A stretch of DNA of 63,145 nucleotides, the filler included, from Octopus bimaculoides (lineage: Eukaryota), in NCBI RefSeq assembly GCF_001194135.2. It is 4 parts of 3 records of this genome, joined end to end, with 100 filler letters (N's around TTAATTAATTAA, not from the genome) between each part and the next. Parts side by side here need not be neighbours in the genome. Positions count along the whole stretch, not along the records: positions 58,929 to 63,145 come from NC_068983.1; 3 more parts are not named here. The stretch is one strand, 5' to 3'. The notes under the pieces are model-generated. The model searched no databases. It had not been told where the DNA came from and saw nothing but the letters and a program-made list of their open reading frames with translations. Below, in pieces: positions 62,013-63,145 of this stretch. Numbering within the stretch: the first letter of the stretch is position 1; every line of letters begins with the position of its first letter. The translations under genes were made by a program, and so were the position numbers.

Positions 62013-62593
62013 ACTAGCAGGACCCGTGAATATTTCACGGAATTAATAGTAAACCTATAGGGTTATTCCTGAAAACTTTATCCAAAAAGCCCGAAAGCGT
62101 AGCCTGTGTTGTGTCTGTATCAAAAGATAGTCGCTCATCTACTATTCATTGAGAAGTGAAGGAAATTGGAATCCGAAGATTACTTAATGCACTTTTTATA
62201 TATATATATATACTAGCAGTATAACCCTACGTTGTGCGGGTGTGACTTATTACGCCATCTACGATAAGTCTTGCTAGGTGAAAATCAACTAAAAAAGAAA
62301 GCCTTACAATGAAAAAACCCTTATGATGTAAATATGTTCATAATTCAAAAGACGTAATTAATAGGGAAAGTCTGAAGGCTGTTTTGTGTAACGTTATTAA
62401 GTGTACGTAAATTTCATCCGTCTAATTGGCTATACAAATGCTTGTGCAAAACAACTTTTTGCGCTGCCTTGATTATACATAGCAGGGTAATTCCTTTTCG
62501 CAGGAGGTAGAACGGCAATTTGTGATGAAGCAATTGCTGGCGATCTGTTGCTACACAGTTCTGCCAGAATTCTATCAGATTGGGCAGTAGATG
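62013..62593 (+). mobile_element. Two adjacent Helentron/DINE-like non-autonomous elements (62013-62210 and 62211-gap)
   Basis: Both start ACTAGCAG followed by a short subterminal hairpin (ccgtgaa-ta-ttcacgg; accctacgttgtgcgggt); the first ends in ...gcactttttatatata. Confidence 0.5.
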
Positions 62594-62758
62594 NNNNNNN
62601 NNNNNNNNNNNNNNNNNNNNNNNNNNNNNNNNNNNNNNNNNNNNNNNNNNNNNNNNNNNNNNNNNNNNNNNNNNNNNNNNNNNNNNNNNNNNNNNNNNNN
62701 NNNNNNNNNNNNNNNNNNNNNNNNNGTTATAACAAAAGTTTTCACATTTCGGTGATTT

Positions 62759-62886
62759 TTCAAATTAACACCCGCACGATTACGTAATCCTAACCCTAAA
62801 ACCGTAACCGTAAGACTAACCCTCATCGTAACCCTAAAACCGTAACCCTAACACCCTAGTGAAAATCGTGCGGGTGTTAATCTGAA
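62759..62886. mobile_element. Small TIR element filled with degenerate telomere-like (TAACCC) repeats
   Basis: 23-bp inverted repeats 62759-62781 / 62864-62886 (22 of 23 identical); interior cctaaccctaaaaccgtaacc... Confidence 0.7.
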
Positions 62887-63145
62887 TAATAAGAATAATG
62901 ACCTCTGCAGATCAAACTCCCAACCCACAACTAAGTCTTAAGTGTATATACAGATGGACAACACACACACACATACACACTAAATAAAAAAATGTTAGTA
63001 AGTACAGAACTTCAGCATTATATATTAAGATGGGCAACACACACACACACTAAATAAAAAAAATGACAGGTATTTGTATGTATGTGTGTATTAATGTGTA
63101 TTCTGTGTCTGTATATGGTAGTAATTAAATGCGTTTTAAGAAAGA

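Overview
AT-rich, gap-ridden animal genomic DNA. Its SINE/LINE and microsatellite landscape fits an octopod cephalopod (recognised from repeat motifs, not a database search). One host gene is present: six GT-AG exons on the + strand (28080-54565) encoding the C-terminal half of an M28B peptidase (GCPII/PSMA/NAALADase family). It keeps the two Zn ligands encoded in these exons but lacks the GCPII arginine patch, like NAALADL1. The 5' exons, one frame-bridging internal exon and the last exon were not found. The visible gene lies between two artificial 100-bp assembly spacers (N44-TTAATTAATTAA-N44), in a segment that looks CpG-depleted. The rest is transposon debris: a deleted mariner and its MITEs, a Buster-like hAT with TIRs and an 8-bp TSD, Tc1-like, piggyBac-type and Helentron-like non-autonomous elements, R4/Dong-like, RTE, CR1/Jockey-like and HERO-like LINE fragments, and several SINE families. 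The most interesting unexplained signals are RNA structures: (1) an essentially canonical type I hammerhead ribozyme at 23381-23429 (+); (2) a minimal Penelope-type hammerhead at 58744-58780 (-) with a decayed sister copy; (3) a ~500-nt rod-like foldback at 59972-60487 with a terminal direct repeat and a degenerate hammerhead; (4) an 82/83-identical inverted repeat inside an intron, a candidate ADAR substrate.
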